Source: an uncultured Clostridia bacterium (lineage in GTDB: Bacteria > Bacillota > Clostridia > Christensenellales > CAG-314). Taken from it: DNA of 54,954 nucleotides. Below, in pieces: positions 20,945-29,974 of the stretch. The notes under the pieces were generated by a model. The model was not told where the DNA came from. It made no database searches and saw only the letters and a program-made list of their open reading frames with translations. The stretch is from positions 1 to 54,954 of the forward strand of contig CANRHN010000005.1 in the NCBI GenBank assembly GCA_947630425.1. The letters run 5' to 3'. The translations under genes were made by a program, and so were the position numbers. Numbering within the stretch: position 1 is the stretch's first letter; each line of letters starts with the position of its first letter.

Positions 20945-22585
20945 ATGGAAAGTGTACTAACATCACAAACGCTGTGGGAAGGGTACGACCCCGCGGCAGA
21001 ACAACTTGATATCGACCCCATCAAACAGACGGAAAAAGGGGGCATAGTAACAAAAACCCTCTATTTTACGGGCAGAACGCTCAGTAGCGGCGCAAAAACA
21101 CGTGTGTTCGGCACGGTATGCTTCAAAAAGAGCGCGGAAAACAAGCCCGCGGTGTTGGTTGTAAGCAACTACACGCGTCCCATCGAGATGGAAGTACTGT
21201 CAGACCTCGCCTCGCGCGGCTTTGTGGCAATGTCGGTGGACCTTGCCGGCAAACGCGCCAAGGGGCTGCACACAATTTACCCCGAAGAAATTCTTTACTG
21301 CAACAACGACAACGCCCTTTCGATGTTTGAAATTTCCGAAACGGCGCGCGAGACCAAGCTTTACGAGTACACGGTCAGTTGTCGCAGAGCAATCACTTAC
21401 TTGCTGAACGAAGAACACGTGTCGCAGGTGTCCGTTCTCACCGAGGGTCGCGGAGTTTACGTGGGCATAATAGTCCTCGGCGTGGAAACGCGCGTAAAAA
21501 ACGGCGCAATTTTGTTCGGCAATTTGTACCGCAACTTTCCCGTACTCAGCAAGGACGAAAATGTCTTGGACGCGGGCAAGGACGAATTGGAACGGCACAT
21601 TGCTTACGACACGCGCCGTCAACAGTGGACGTTGGGACTTGCTCCGCAAACTTACGCCCAGCAAATAAAAGTACCCGTCTACGTGATAAATTCGGCAAAC
21701 AGCCCCTTTGTTGATATTGTTCAAACAAGCAAAACAATGCTTCGCTTAAATTCCGACAGCAGGTTGTTGATTTTGCCCACGAGCATGGACTATATACCCA
21801 AACGTTACACAGACGGAGTGTTGACTTGGTTGAACGGTTACGAGCCTTCTCCGCGCGCGGAAATAAAATCCTTCCGCAACGACAGCGGCGATTACTGTAT
21901 TTCCGTCAAAACGGACAAGCCGCTTTCTCAAACCTCGCTGTGGTACTGCACCGACGCGGATTCGCGCGCAAAGCATTGGACCAAAGCCACCCTTACGCAG
22001 TCGAACGACTGTTATGTTGCCAAACTTAACTTGTACGAAAAGGAGTGCAACATTGCAAGCTTTGCCACCTTCAACGGCAACGTGGCGGAATCTACCTTGG
22101 TGCTAACGGAAAGAGTTTCCGCGGTCAACGTTACCAAAGCGCTCAACATCATTTTCAGCGGAACGGGAAAACAAACGTTAGTGCCGCTTGTGGACGACGG
22201 GCGTTGGTGGAATGTGGATCTTGAGCCGCAGTTTGACAAGGGCTATCTCAACATTTTGGGCGCAAAGGGCAGAGTGCTTGCAACCTTTGCCATAAACGAC
22301 AAAAGTATTCGCATAAATCAATCCTTCACCGTGGTGTTTGACGTGTGTTGCAACGTCAGGCAGCAAATCAAGCTCGTTGCCGTCACCAAATTCGGCGACG
22401 CGAACCTGCAGTACAGTCAGTACGTGCAATTGGCGGGCAACGGCAAATGGGAGCATATCACCTTTGACAAGGTAAACTTCCACCGCGAGGGGGACGGAAA
22501 ACAACTTTTGGACTCCGAAAAGGTGGAAATGTTGGCGATTGTTGCCGACAATGAATTTTTGGTAAACAACATTTTCTTGGTATGA
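20945..22585 (+). CDS. Hypothetical protein with an alpha/beta-hydrolase-like N-terminus
   Basis: PAVLVV...LASRGFVAMSVDLAG...RRAITYL pattern. No GxSxG seen. Promoter TTGACA-16-TACAAT at 20901-20928. Confidence 0.6.
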   Translation: MESVLTSQTLWEGYDPAAEQLDIDPIKQTEKGGIVTKTLYFTGRTLSSGAKTRVFGTVCFKKSAENKPAVLVVSNYTRPIEMEVLSDLASRGFVAMSVDLAGKRAKGLHTIYPEEILYCNNDNALSMFEISETARETKLYEYTVSCRRAITYLLNEEHVSQVSVLTEGRGVYVGIIVLGVETRVKNGAILFGNLYRNFPVLSKDENVLDAGKDELERHIAYDTRRQQWTLGLAPQTYAQQIKVPVYVINSANSPFVDIVQTSKTMLRLNSDSRLLILPTSMDYIPKRYTDGVLTWLNGYEPSPRAEIKSFRNDSGDYCISVKTDKPLSQTSLWYCTDADSRAKHWTKATLTQSNDCYVAKLNLYEKECNIASFATFNGNVAESTLVLTERVSAVNVTKALNIIFSGTGKQTLVPLVDDGRWWNVDLEPQFDKGYLNILGAKGRVLATFAINDKSIRINQSFTVVFDVCCNVRQQIKLVAVTKFGDANLQYSQYVQLAGNGKWEHITFDKVNFHREGDGKQLLDSEKVEMLAIVADNEFLVNNIFLV

Positions 22586-22758
22586 CAAGTATCAACGTGG
22601 GCGACACTGTAACAACACGCAAGCCTCACGCGTGCGGCGGCAACAAATGGGTCGTGGTGCGCGTGGGAGCCGATTACAAAATCAAATGCGAACGTTGCGG
22701 ACGCATAGTGATGTTGGATAGCGACAAATTTTACAAGGTAGTGCAAATTGCAAAGTAA
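22582..22758 (+). CDS. DUF951 family small protein (58 aa; not in the ORF track)
   Basis: MTSINVGDTVTTRKPHACGGNKWVVVRVGADYKIKCERCGRIVML...; ATGA overlap with the upstream stop. Confidence 0.9.
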   Translation: MTSINVGDTVTTRKPHACGGNKWVVVRVGADYKIKCERCGRIVMLDSDKFYKVVQIAK

Positions 22759-23581
22759 CGACGATTTTCAACAGAATACCGTAAACGAAGAAGCTAACTC
22801 CGCCGAGGAGTCGGCTTCTTGCGTAGTGAGTGAAGAAAGCCAAACCGACAGCCAAACCGACAGTCAAGCCGTGACTGCGGAAACGTCCGAAGCAACGTCC
22901 CCAACGGCGCAAAAAAGTCGGCGCAGCAAGCTTGACAAGGCGTTCGACATCGTTTTGTGGGTGTTGGTGGTTGCGCTTATCCTTTTGGTACTTGTGCGGC
23001 TGTTTGCTTTCGGAAGAATTACCATAAGCGGAAAATCCATGACCGCCGACTACTACAACAACGAGGAGCTTGCTTCCTACAATCCCGAACTCACCTATCA
23101 CGACGGGGACACAGTGCGGGTCAACAAGCTTGTAAGCCCCAAACGCGGCGATGTTGTGGTGTTTTACGAACAGTCCGTCAACAAATTCAAGGCAATGTTT
23201 GTAAACACCAACAAAACCAAAAACAAAGAGAAGTACAAAAAACTCATCAAGCGAGTGGTCGCGCTCGAGGGGGACAAGCTGTGGTTAGAGCCCCACGCGG
23301 GCGGCGGTTACTTGCTCGTCATTTTGACTGCCGACGGAAAAACGCTTCACGAGGACTACTACGTAAAAAACGACGTCAAGCTCAGCATAGAGGCATTTGT
23401 GTTGCGCGAAACAGACGCTCTGAAGCTGGGCTGTCTCGAAAACGCAACCGCCGACGAGCCTTACGTTGTCAAGGAGGACTGCTTTTTTGCTCTCGGAGAC
23501 AACCGTGCGGAATCCAACGACTCTCGCGGCAAGCTCGGCGACGTTCCCTTCGATCGAATCTACGGCGTGGTAAGAGAATAA
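22748..23581 (+). CDS. lepB: Signal peptidase I
   Basis: SGKSM, RGDVVVF, IKRVVA, GDNRAESNDSR; one TM segment. Start uncertain (TTG). Confidence 0.9.
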   Translation: MQSNDDFQQNTVNEEANSAEESASCVVSEESQTDSQTDSQAVTAETSEATSPTAQKSRRSKLDKAFDIVLWVLVVALILLVLVRLFAFGRITISGKSMTADYYNNEELASYNPELTYHDGDTVRVNKLVSPKRGDVVVFYEQSVNKFKAMFVNTNKTKNKEKYKKLIKRVVALEGDKLWLEPHAGGGYLLVILTADGKTLHEDYYVKNDVKLSIEAFVLRETDALKLGCLENATADEPYVVKEDCFFALGDNRAESNDSRGKLGDVPFDRIYGVVRE

Positions 23582-23732
23582 CTGCCAAACGGGCTGTCGC
23601 GTTAAACATTTTTTATACCAAACGATATCAAAAACGACCTGAAAAATATTGATTTCAAGTCGTTTTTTTATATAGTTATTCTTTTTTTGTCGTTTATGCG
23701 AATGACGCAACAGCCTGTTTGTTGCCGCAAAT

Positions 23733-25136
23733 CTATTTTTTGTGGAAGGTGTTGCCTCCGTCATCTGTGGTATATGTGTTGCCGTAGCCGTCGGTGTAAC
23801 TGTCCCCGTCGTAGTGCTTCACCGTTATGGTGTTGCCGTACTCATCGGTTATTTTGAATTCATCATCGGCTACATGTTCTCCGTAGTAGCCTTGCCTGAA
23901 GCCTTTTTCCAATTTTGATCCGCCCAACATAACGCCGAATGAGTAAAGTATCCAACGCACAAACGCAACAATCAAAACGACTGCAAGCAACACGAATATT
24001 ATCGCTGTTGCAACGGGGAACAAAACAGTCACGACAAAAGCCGTACCCGTTTGCCACTTCTCGGGCAGGTTTACGTTCCAATACAAGTAGGCAACAATGT
24101 ATGCAAGCGTTGCCACAATCAGCGTTACGGGTAAAAAGATGTTCTTGAAGAAAGCTATCACGCCGTTTGTAACTTCCGGCAGATTGGAAATCAGCACCCA
24201 ACCGACGACGTCTGCGGCAACAAGCAACACAACACCCGCCACAATCAAAGCGACGTTTCCCGCTCTGCTTGTTTTGAAGGGTTTGAAAGTTGCCCAAAAC
24301 AGCAAAAAGGACGGCGTAATCAATGCGTAAGCAATGCCTATGGCGCTTATCAAAACGCCGCTGTCTCCACGTGATGAGAACCAGAAGTATAAGTATAGAC
24401 CGTAGCCCAGCAGTATCAAATATAACACCGCCACAGAACAGAAGAGTTCTATGCGCGTTTTTTTAGGCGCAGGCTCTTTGCGTTTTATGCGGGATTTGAT
24501 TTTATCCAAAAGCGCCAATGCCTTGATGTTGTGCGTTTGTTGTTCATCTTCCTCTGTTAAAGAGTTTACCGTGCTTTCAAAGTCGTCAAGCGCCTTCTTT
24601 TGAACAGCTCCGCCCGTTACAAAGTGCGCCGTTTCGGGGTGGTCATTGTCAATGTGCAACAAGTAGGTGTTGTAACCGTCTGTAGCTTTGAGACCCACCA
24701 CCATAAAGTATTCCGACTCGTATTTGTTGCACCACAAAAAGTCGTAAACCGTCTCCACGCCGTTTTCCACAACGGGTGCGTATTCTATTTCCGAGGGCGC
24801 AGCAAAGTATGCTTTGAAACTGTTGCCGTCCCGCTCGGTGACCGAGCCTTCCTCTATTATTTGTTCTGTGTTTATATCGGGGGCGTCTGTCGATTGCTCG
24901 GAAGCGCTCTCTTTGTTTTGCTCTCGCTTTGCTTTGCGTGACACGTAAAAGCACAGCAGACCAATCAAAAGCAAAAGCCCACCGTAACCAAAAGCAAAGT
25001 ACTTGACAGGCGTTTCTTTGATGTTCTGTCCCAACACCGAAGTAAAGCACAAAATTCCCACGACGATCAACGCCAAGCTTATCACCCAACAAACGATTGC
25101 CGCAACCAACATTTTTACGGATTTGTTCTTTTTCAT
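23733..25136 (-). CDS. Hypothetical multi-pass membrane protein
   Basis: SD GGAGG; two TMs, a soluble domain, several more TMs, and a C-terminal (T)DxYGN-repeat tail. Confidence 0.75.
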   Translation of the reverse strand: MKKNKSVKMLVAAIVCWVISLALIVVGILCFTSVLGQNIKETPVKYFAFGYGGLLLLIGLLCFYVSRKAKREQNKESASEQSTDAPDINTEQIIEEGSVTERDGNSFKAYFAAPSEIEYAPVVENGVETVYDFLWCNKYESEYFMVVGLKATDGYNTYLLHIDNDHPETAHFVTGGAVQKKALDDFESTVNSLTEEDEQQTHNIKALALLDKIKSRIKRKEPAPKKTRIELFCSVAVLYLILLGYGLYLYFWFSSRGDSGVLISAIGIAYALITPSFLLFWATFKPFKTSRAGNVALIVAGVVLLVAADVVGWVLISNLPEVTNGVIAFFKNIFLPVTLIVATLAYIVAYLYWNVNLPEKWQTGTAFVVTVLFPVATAIIFVLLAVVLIVAFVRWILYSFGVMLGGSKLEKGFRQGYYGEHVADDEFKITDEYGNTITVKHYDGDSYTDGYGNTYTTDDGGNTFHKK

Positions 25137-25185
25137 TGTTGCCTCCTTTTGCAATAAATTAAGTATTTGTTATAAAACTCTATTC

Positions 25186-25217
25186 ATTATAACACACGGG
25201 GGGGGGGTGACTGTCAA
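25186..25217 (-). promoter_or_regulatory. SigA promoter with a C10 tract in a 20-bp spacer
   Basis: TTGACA-gtca-C10-gtgtgt-TATAAT on the minus strand (plus-strand G10 at 25198-25207). Confidence 0.8.
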
Positions 25218-25313
25218 CACAAAATTGCCAATTCGCGTTTTTGAGTTTTTTGTCCGACGGGCAAATTGTGCAAAAAAGTATATTTTGCCTTGCAGTTGAG
25301 CAAAAATTTCGGT

Positions 25314-26723
25314 ATGAAGGTATCTTTCGATCGATTTCAAAAGTTATGGCGCGGTCAGGACGACTTTCGTCTGCGGGAACTCAACTGCGGCATAACGCTC
25401 AAAGTGGCGTGTCTCGACACCATGTGCGACGACGCCAAGGTGTCGGAATTTGTGTTGCAGCCTCTTGCCTATGTCGTTGAGGCGCGTAGCATAAAGGAAG
25501 TGGAGCAAAAGTTGGCGGCGGGAACGGGTGTAAGACAGCCTCCCAATTTGTTTGCCGCCGTCGAGGATTTTACCAACGGCTACACGCTTGTTTTCGATGA
25601 AAAAAACAACTGCTTGTCCGTAGATACGCGCACGGTGGTGGGGCGCAGCATTGCAGAACCGCCCACGTCCATGGTCATGCGCGGACCGCGCGAGGGCTTT
25701 GTGGAGGACGTCAAGGTCAACGTGACGCTCATTCGCAAACGTCTCAAAACCCCCAATCTGAAAATAGTAAACCTTGCCGTGGGCAAGTACACAAACACCG
25801 CCGTTGCGGTGTGTTATATCGAGGGAATTGCAGAACAACGCATTGTGGACGACGTTGTTCAGCGGTTGCAATCCGTCAAAACGGACGGCGTGTTGGACAG
25901 CAGCTATCTTGCGCGCTATCTGGACATCAACAAAACGTTTTTGTTCCGCCGCGTGGGCAGCACGGAAAAACCCGACATTGCGGTGGGAAAAATGTTGGAA
26001 GGTCGTCTTGCCGTCATCGTGGACGGCAGCCCCATGGTGCTGACTCTCCCCTATCTTTTTGTGGAGGACATGCAGTCCCCCGGCGACTACTACGAAAACG
26101 AGACGATGACCACCTTGAGCCGCACGTTGCGCTTTATCAGCGTCATCGCTTCGGTGTTGTTGCCCGCCTTGTACGTTTGTTTGCAGGTGTACAATTATCA
26201 AATAATACCGCTGCGTTTTCTCATAACTGTTTTGAATGCCAGCGAAGCTATACCCTTCAGTCCTCTGACGGAAATGCTGCTTGTGCTTGTCGTTTTCGAC
26301 ATTTTGCGGGAAGCCAATTTGAGAATGCCGTCGGCAGTGGGAATTTCGTTGTCCCTTGTGGGGGCTATCGTTTTGGGGGACGCTGCGGTGCAGGCGGGAC
26401 TTCTCGGCGCGCCCGCCGTAATGATAGGCGCGCTTTCGGGCATAGGATTGTTCACTTTGCCCGACAACACCCTCATTTTGTCGTTACTGCGCCTTGCCGT
26501 AACCTTTATCGGCGGAGTGATGGGCTTGCTGGGAGTGATTGTTTCCACCTTGTGGATAGTTGTTTACTTGTGTTCGATGCAGGACTACAAAACACCATTT
26601 CTTGCGCCCTTTGCGCCCGACATTCCCGAGGACAGACAGGATGCCGTTGCGCAGATTTCCGTGCCCAACATGAAAAAACGTCCAAGATCCATTCCCAATG
26701 AAAACAGAGAAAGGAGGGGCTGA
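25314..26723 (+). CDS. Spore germination receptor A subunit (GerA family)
   Basis: RSIAEP...RGPREGFVE, TEKPDI...LEGR..VIVDGSP, LREANLRMP, GAIVLGDAAVQAG. Confidence 0.93.
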   Translation: MKVSFDRFQKLWRGQDDFRLRELNCGITLKVACLDTMCDDAKVSEFVLQPLAYVVEARSIKEVEQKLAAGTGVRQPPNLFAAVEDFTNGYTLVFDEKNNCLSVDTRTVVGRSIAEPPTSMVMRGPREGFVEDVKVNVTLIRKRLKTPNLKIVNLAVGKYTNTAVAVCYIEGIAEQRIVDDVVQRLQSVKTDGVLDSSYLARYLDINKTFLFRRVGSTEKPDIAVGKMLEGRLAVIVDGSPMVLTLPYLFVEDMQSPGDYYENETMTTLSRTLRFISVIASVLLPALYVCLQVYNYQIIPLRFLITVLNASEAIPFSPLTEMLLVLVVFDILREANLRMPSAVGISLSLVGAIVLGDAAVQAGLLGAPAVMIGALSGIGLFTLPDNTLILSLLRLAVTFIGGVMGLLGVIVSTLWIVVYLCSMQDYKTPFLAPFAPDIPEDRQDAVAQISVPNMKKRPRSIPNENRERRG

Positions 26724-27823
26724 TGAAAAATCGCGTTAGTATAGACCAGCTTGCTTTGATGTACATTTTGTTGGTTATGGGCGGCAAATTTTTGACCCTG
26801 CCCTCCCTTTTGGCGAAAGACGTGGGACATGACAGTTGGCTTTCCGTCACATTCAGTTTTGTGTGGGACGGCATTTGTTTGTGTTTTTTGTTGTGGGCAA
26901 TTCGCATGAACGGCACGGCAAAAATGGATTTGTCCGCCATTCTCGACAACAGCGTCACAAAACCCGTAAGCAAGGCGGTGTTGGCAATATTTTTTGTCAT
27001 TTTTGTGCTTAGGGTAAATGTGCTGCTCAGCTCATGCTACAAGATGTTCTCCGTCACGTTCGACGTTTCCACCAATTGGATCGTCTACGTTTTGCCCGTT
27101 GCGGCGTTGTCGTTTTTTGCCGTTTCCAAAGGGTTCAACGCCATTGCTCGGACGGGACAGCTGCTGTTCGGATTGATTTTACTTTCCGTCTTGGCACTTT
27201 TTGTGTCGCCCTTTATGCAAACAGAGTGGGGCGCGCTGTTGCCGTTGGGCGAAGCGGGTTGGGGTAAAATACTGCTCACGTCCTACACGCGCAGCTTTTG
27301 GTTCAGCGATTACATCTTTATTTACTTCGTTTTAGACGGCATAAAGACAAAAAAACACGTGTTTGCTCCAATGCTCGTTTCCTTTGGAGTGGGTGCGTTT
27401 CTTTGCATTTTGCTGAACGCCGTTTTTGTTGCCTTGTTCGGCTACCTTGCGCCGAATTTTGATTTGGCAATGAGCAAAATAGGCGTGTTTTCCGCCGCAA
27501 GTACCACCAACGGGAGATGGGATTGGCTTACGCTGTCTATTTGGCTGGTAAGCGTGTTCATAAAGGTGGTCGTGTACACATTTTGCGCCTACAAATGTGT
27601 CGAAAAGCTTGTCGGGGCACACTTTGTCAAATTCAATTGGATCGCGGCGGGCATTGTCACCCTTACTTTTACATTGCCGTTGTTTGTAACGACAGATCGG
27701 CTGCTTGACACGGTTATAAAGTGGGGTATCATTCCCTTCACCTTGGTACAGTACGTTTTGCCGCTGCTGATGCCGCTTTTTACGCACATTGCCAAGCGAA
27801 GAACGGAGGTGGCGCATGAGTAA
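26723..27823 (+). CDS. Spore germination receptor B subunit (GerAB family membrane protein)
   Basis: About ten TMs, LPSLLAKDVGHDSW, RWDWL; lies between the A and C subunits. Confidence 0.85.
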   Translation: MKNRVSIDQLALMYILLVMGGKFLTLPSLLAKDVGHDSWLSVTFSFVWDGICLCFLLWAIRMNGTAKMDLSAILDNSVTKPVSKAVLAIFFVIFVLRVNVLLSSCYKMFSVTFDVSTNWIVYVLPVAALSFFAVSKGFNAIARTGQLLFGLILLSVLALFVSPFMQTEWGALLPLGEAGWGKILLTSYTRSFWFSDYIFIYFVLDGIKTKKHVFAPMLVSFGVGAFLCILLNAVFVALFGYLAPNFDLAMSKIGVFSAASTTNGRWDWLTLSIWLVSVFIKVVVYTFCAYKCVEKLVGAHFVKFNWIAAGIVTLTFTLPLFVTTDRLLDTVIKWGIIPFTLVQYVLPLLMPLFTHIAKRRTEVAHE

Positions 27824-28943
27824 CATAAAACGAATGAGTATTGTGATTTTGGTTGTGGCGGCGGTGGCGTTGATTGCCGCAAGCTTCAACGGAAGCAACG
27901 TGTTGGACAGGGCAATCATACTCGGTATCGGCGTGGACGGCGGCGAGGACGGCGGTATACTCATGACTGCGGAAGTGGTTGCCCCGGGAAACGGTACGGA
28001 GCAGGTGGGAACATTCAGCAAAACAGTTACCGTCAAAGGGGAAACGATAAACGTCGCCATTCAGAATTTGGCGGAGGTAACGGGCAAAGAGGCGTCCCTC
28101 GGACAATGCGTTGTCGTCGTTTTGGGGCAACGGTACTGCGAAGAAGTGGATTTCGGCGACTTGACGGAATACTTGATAAACCACCACAGCCTTAAAGAAA
28201 GCGCGGTTATATGCTGTTGCGAGGGAAGCGCGCAAGATTTGTTTGACAAGGGTGACGCCCTGACTCAAAGTATGTCGCTTGCCATAACGACGGCATTGCT
28301 TGACGAAGCGGAAAAGATAGCTGTCACAAACAACAGTCTGTTGGAGTTTGCTCGTAGTCAAAACGAACTGACGCGCACGGGGTTTCTCAACAGAGTCGCC
28401 TTTGTCCCCTCCGAAAACAAGGACGCTGATTTGCCTGACAAGCAGTTGGGCTACATCACCTACCGCGAGCTGTGCGTTTTTCGTGAAAACAAGTACGTTA
28501 CAACGCTCAACGAACAGCAGGTCAAGGGAATGTCCCTGTTTTTGAAGGATGTTGACGGCGAAACGTTTGTGTCCTTCGAGGACGACGTTACGCGCACAGT
28601 ACAGGTGACGGGCAAAAAAGTCAAACTTAAATCGGACGGCAATGGCGGCATAGAAGCCAACTTGGAATTGACCGTCCGCTTTGGCAGGACGGACAGCGAA
28701 GCGGTCAGCGGAGCTTTGACCGCCAAAAACGACAAGGAAATTCCTCAAAAAGTAATGGACGACGTGCGCGCTCAGGCACAGGCTGTTGCGGAAAAGTTTC
28801 TTGCCGCTCAAACGGAGTACAATTTTGATTTGTTGAACTTTCACGAAATATACCGTCGCAAGCAGGGCACATCTTCCGCGCTCGTCCAAAAGCCGATGAG
28901 CGAATTTCCCGTCAAGCTCACGGTTAAGGTCAAGGAAAGCTGA
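27816..28943 (+). CDS. Spore germination receptor C subunit (Ger(x)C family)
   Basis: LDRAIILGIGVD, GETI..AI; third gene of the operon. Confidence 0.8.
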   Translation: MSNIKRMSIVILVVAAVALIAASFNGSNVLDRAIILGIGVDGGEDGGILMTAEVVAPGNGTEQVGTFSKTVTVKGETINVAIQNLAEVTGKEASLGQCVVVVLGQRYCEEVDFGDLTEYLINHHSLKESAVICCCEGSAQDLFDKGDALTQSMSLAITTALLDEAEKIAVTNNSLLEFARSQNELTRTGFLNRVAFVPSENKDADLPDKQLGYITYRELCVFRENKYVTTLNEQQVKGMSLFLKDVDGETFVSFEDDVTRTVQVTGKKVKLKSDGNGGIEANLELTVRFGRTDSEAVSGALTAKNDKEIPQKVMDDVRAQAQAVAEKFLAAQTEYNFDLLNFHEIYRRKQGTSSALVQKPMSEFPVKLTVKVKES

Positions 28944-29067
28944 TTGAAGGTTCGCTTTCGCAAAAAAGCCTCGAAAAGTTTTCGGGGCGTTTTTTTATGC
29001 TCTCAATTGTACGCAATGTATTTCTAAATCTTGACTGCATTTTATATTTATTGTATACTAATATGTT

Positions 29068-29946
29068 ATGAAAGGGACGATTTTGGTAAACCCATACGAC
29101 GCATATCCCGTTCAAAAACGCAAGGTTGCGCGAATGGTACAGGAGTTCGATTCGTTGGGAGTGCAAATCGAAGTTGTGGAAAACGACGGCTTTGTCGCAT
29201 ACATAAAAGACGGCGACGTAAAGTGCGCGTTGCAAACGGATTTTGTACTCTACTTTGACAAGGATCGAATTGCGGCGCGTTTGCTCGAAAGGGCGGGCAT
29301 ACGAGTATTCAACAACGCCGCCGCCACGGAAATTTGCGATGACAAAATGCTGACGCACACCGTGCTTGCAAATTTCGGTATACCCATGCCCGACACTGTT
29401 GCCGGACCGCTGTGCTACAATCCTAAAGCGGCAACGAACCTTGACGAATATGTTTGCAAGGCGGTAAAAACGCTCGGACTGCCCGTTGTGGTAAAGGAGT
29501 GTCACGGAAGTTTCGGCGAACAGGTGTGTTTGTGCGAGGAAGCAAAAACGCTTAAAGACAAGCTGGAAGAAATCAAAACGAAGCCCTATCTGTTGCAACG
29601 CTACGAGCGCGAAAGCGGCGGGCGTGACATGCGCGTCATTGTGATAGGTGGCAAGGCGGTTTGCGCGATGTTGCGAACCAACGACGCGGATTTTCGTTCC
29701 AACGCCGCACCGCAAAGCAGGTGCGAAAAGGCGGATTTGCCTCAAGAAATTGCAGCCCTTTGCGAAAAGGCGGCGCGAATTGTCGGGTTGGACTACTGCG
29801 GTGTGGACGTTTTGCTCACCGACCCGCCCAAAATTTGCGAGCTGAACAGCAACGCAATGTTTGAAAAAATGGAAACAACAACAAATTTCAATGTCGCAAG
29901 GGCTTACGCCCAACACATTGTAGAGTGCGTCAACAAACGCCGATAA
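29068..29946 (+). CDS. RimK family ATP-grasp amino-acid ligase
   Basis: ICDDKMLT, PVVVKECHGSFGEQV, GRDMRVIVIGG, DFRSN, GLDYCGVD, ICELNSN. Promoter TTGACT-17-TATACT at 29031-29059. Confidence 0.9.
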   Translation: MKGTILVNPYDAYPVQKRKVARMVQEFDSLGVQIEVVENDGFVAYIKDGDVKCALQTDFVLYFDKDRIAARLLERAGIRVFNNAAATEICDDKMLTHTVLANFGIPMPDTVAGPLCYNPKAATNLDEYVCKAVKTLGLPVVVKECHGSFGEQVCLCEEAKTLKDKLEEIKTKPYLLQRYERESGGRDMRVIVIGGKAVCAMLRTNDADFRSNAAPQSRCEKADLPQEIAALCEKAARIVGLDYCGVDVLLTDPPKICELNSNAMFEKMETTTNFNVARAYAQHIVECVNKRR

Positions 29947-29974
29947 TTACAACTTTGCTAAAGGAGATCTTGTC

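Noticed and set aside
20860-20945. SCC-like element integrated at the rlmH 3' end
   Set aside because: No recombinase, direct repeat or compositional shift follows; downstream genes look like core genes.
22838-22870. 12-bp tandem repeat (SQTD) in the lepB N-terminus as a contingency locus
   Set aside because: Two in-frame copies plus a degenerate third in a low-complexity tail; length change would not switch expression.
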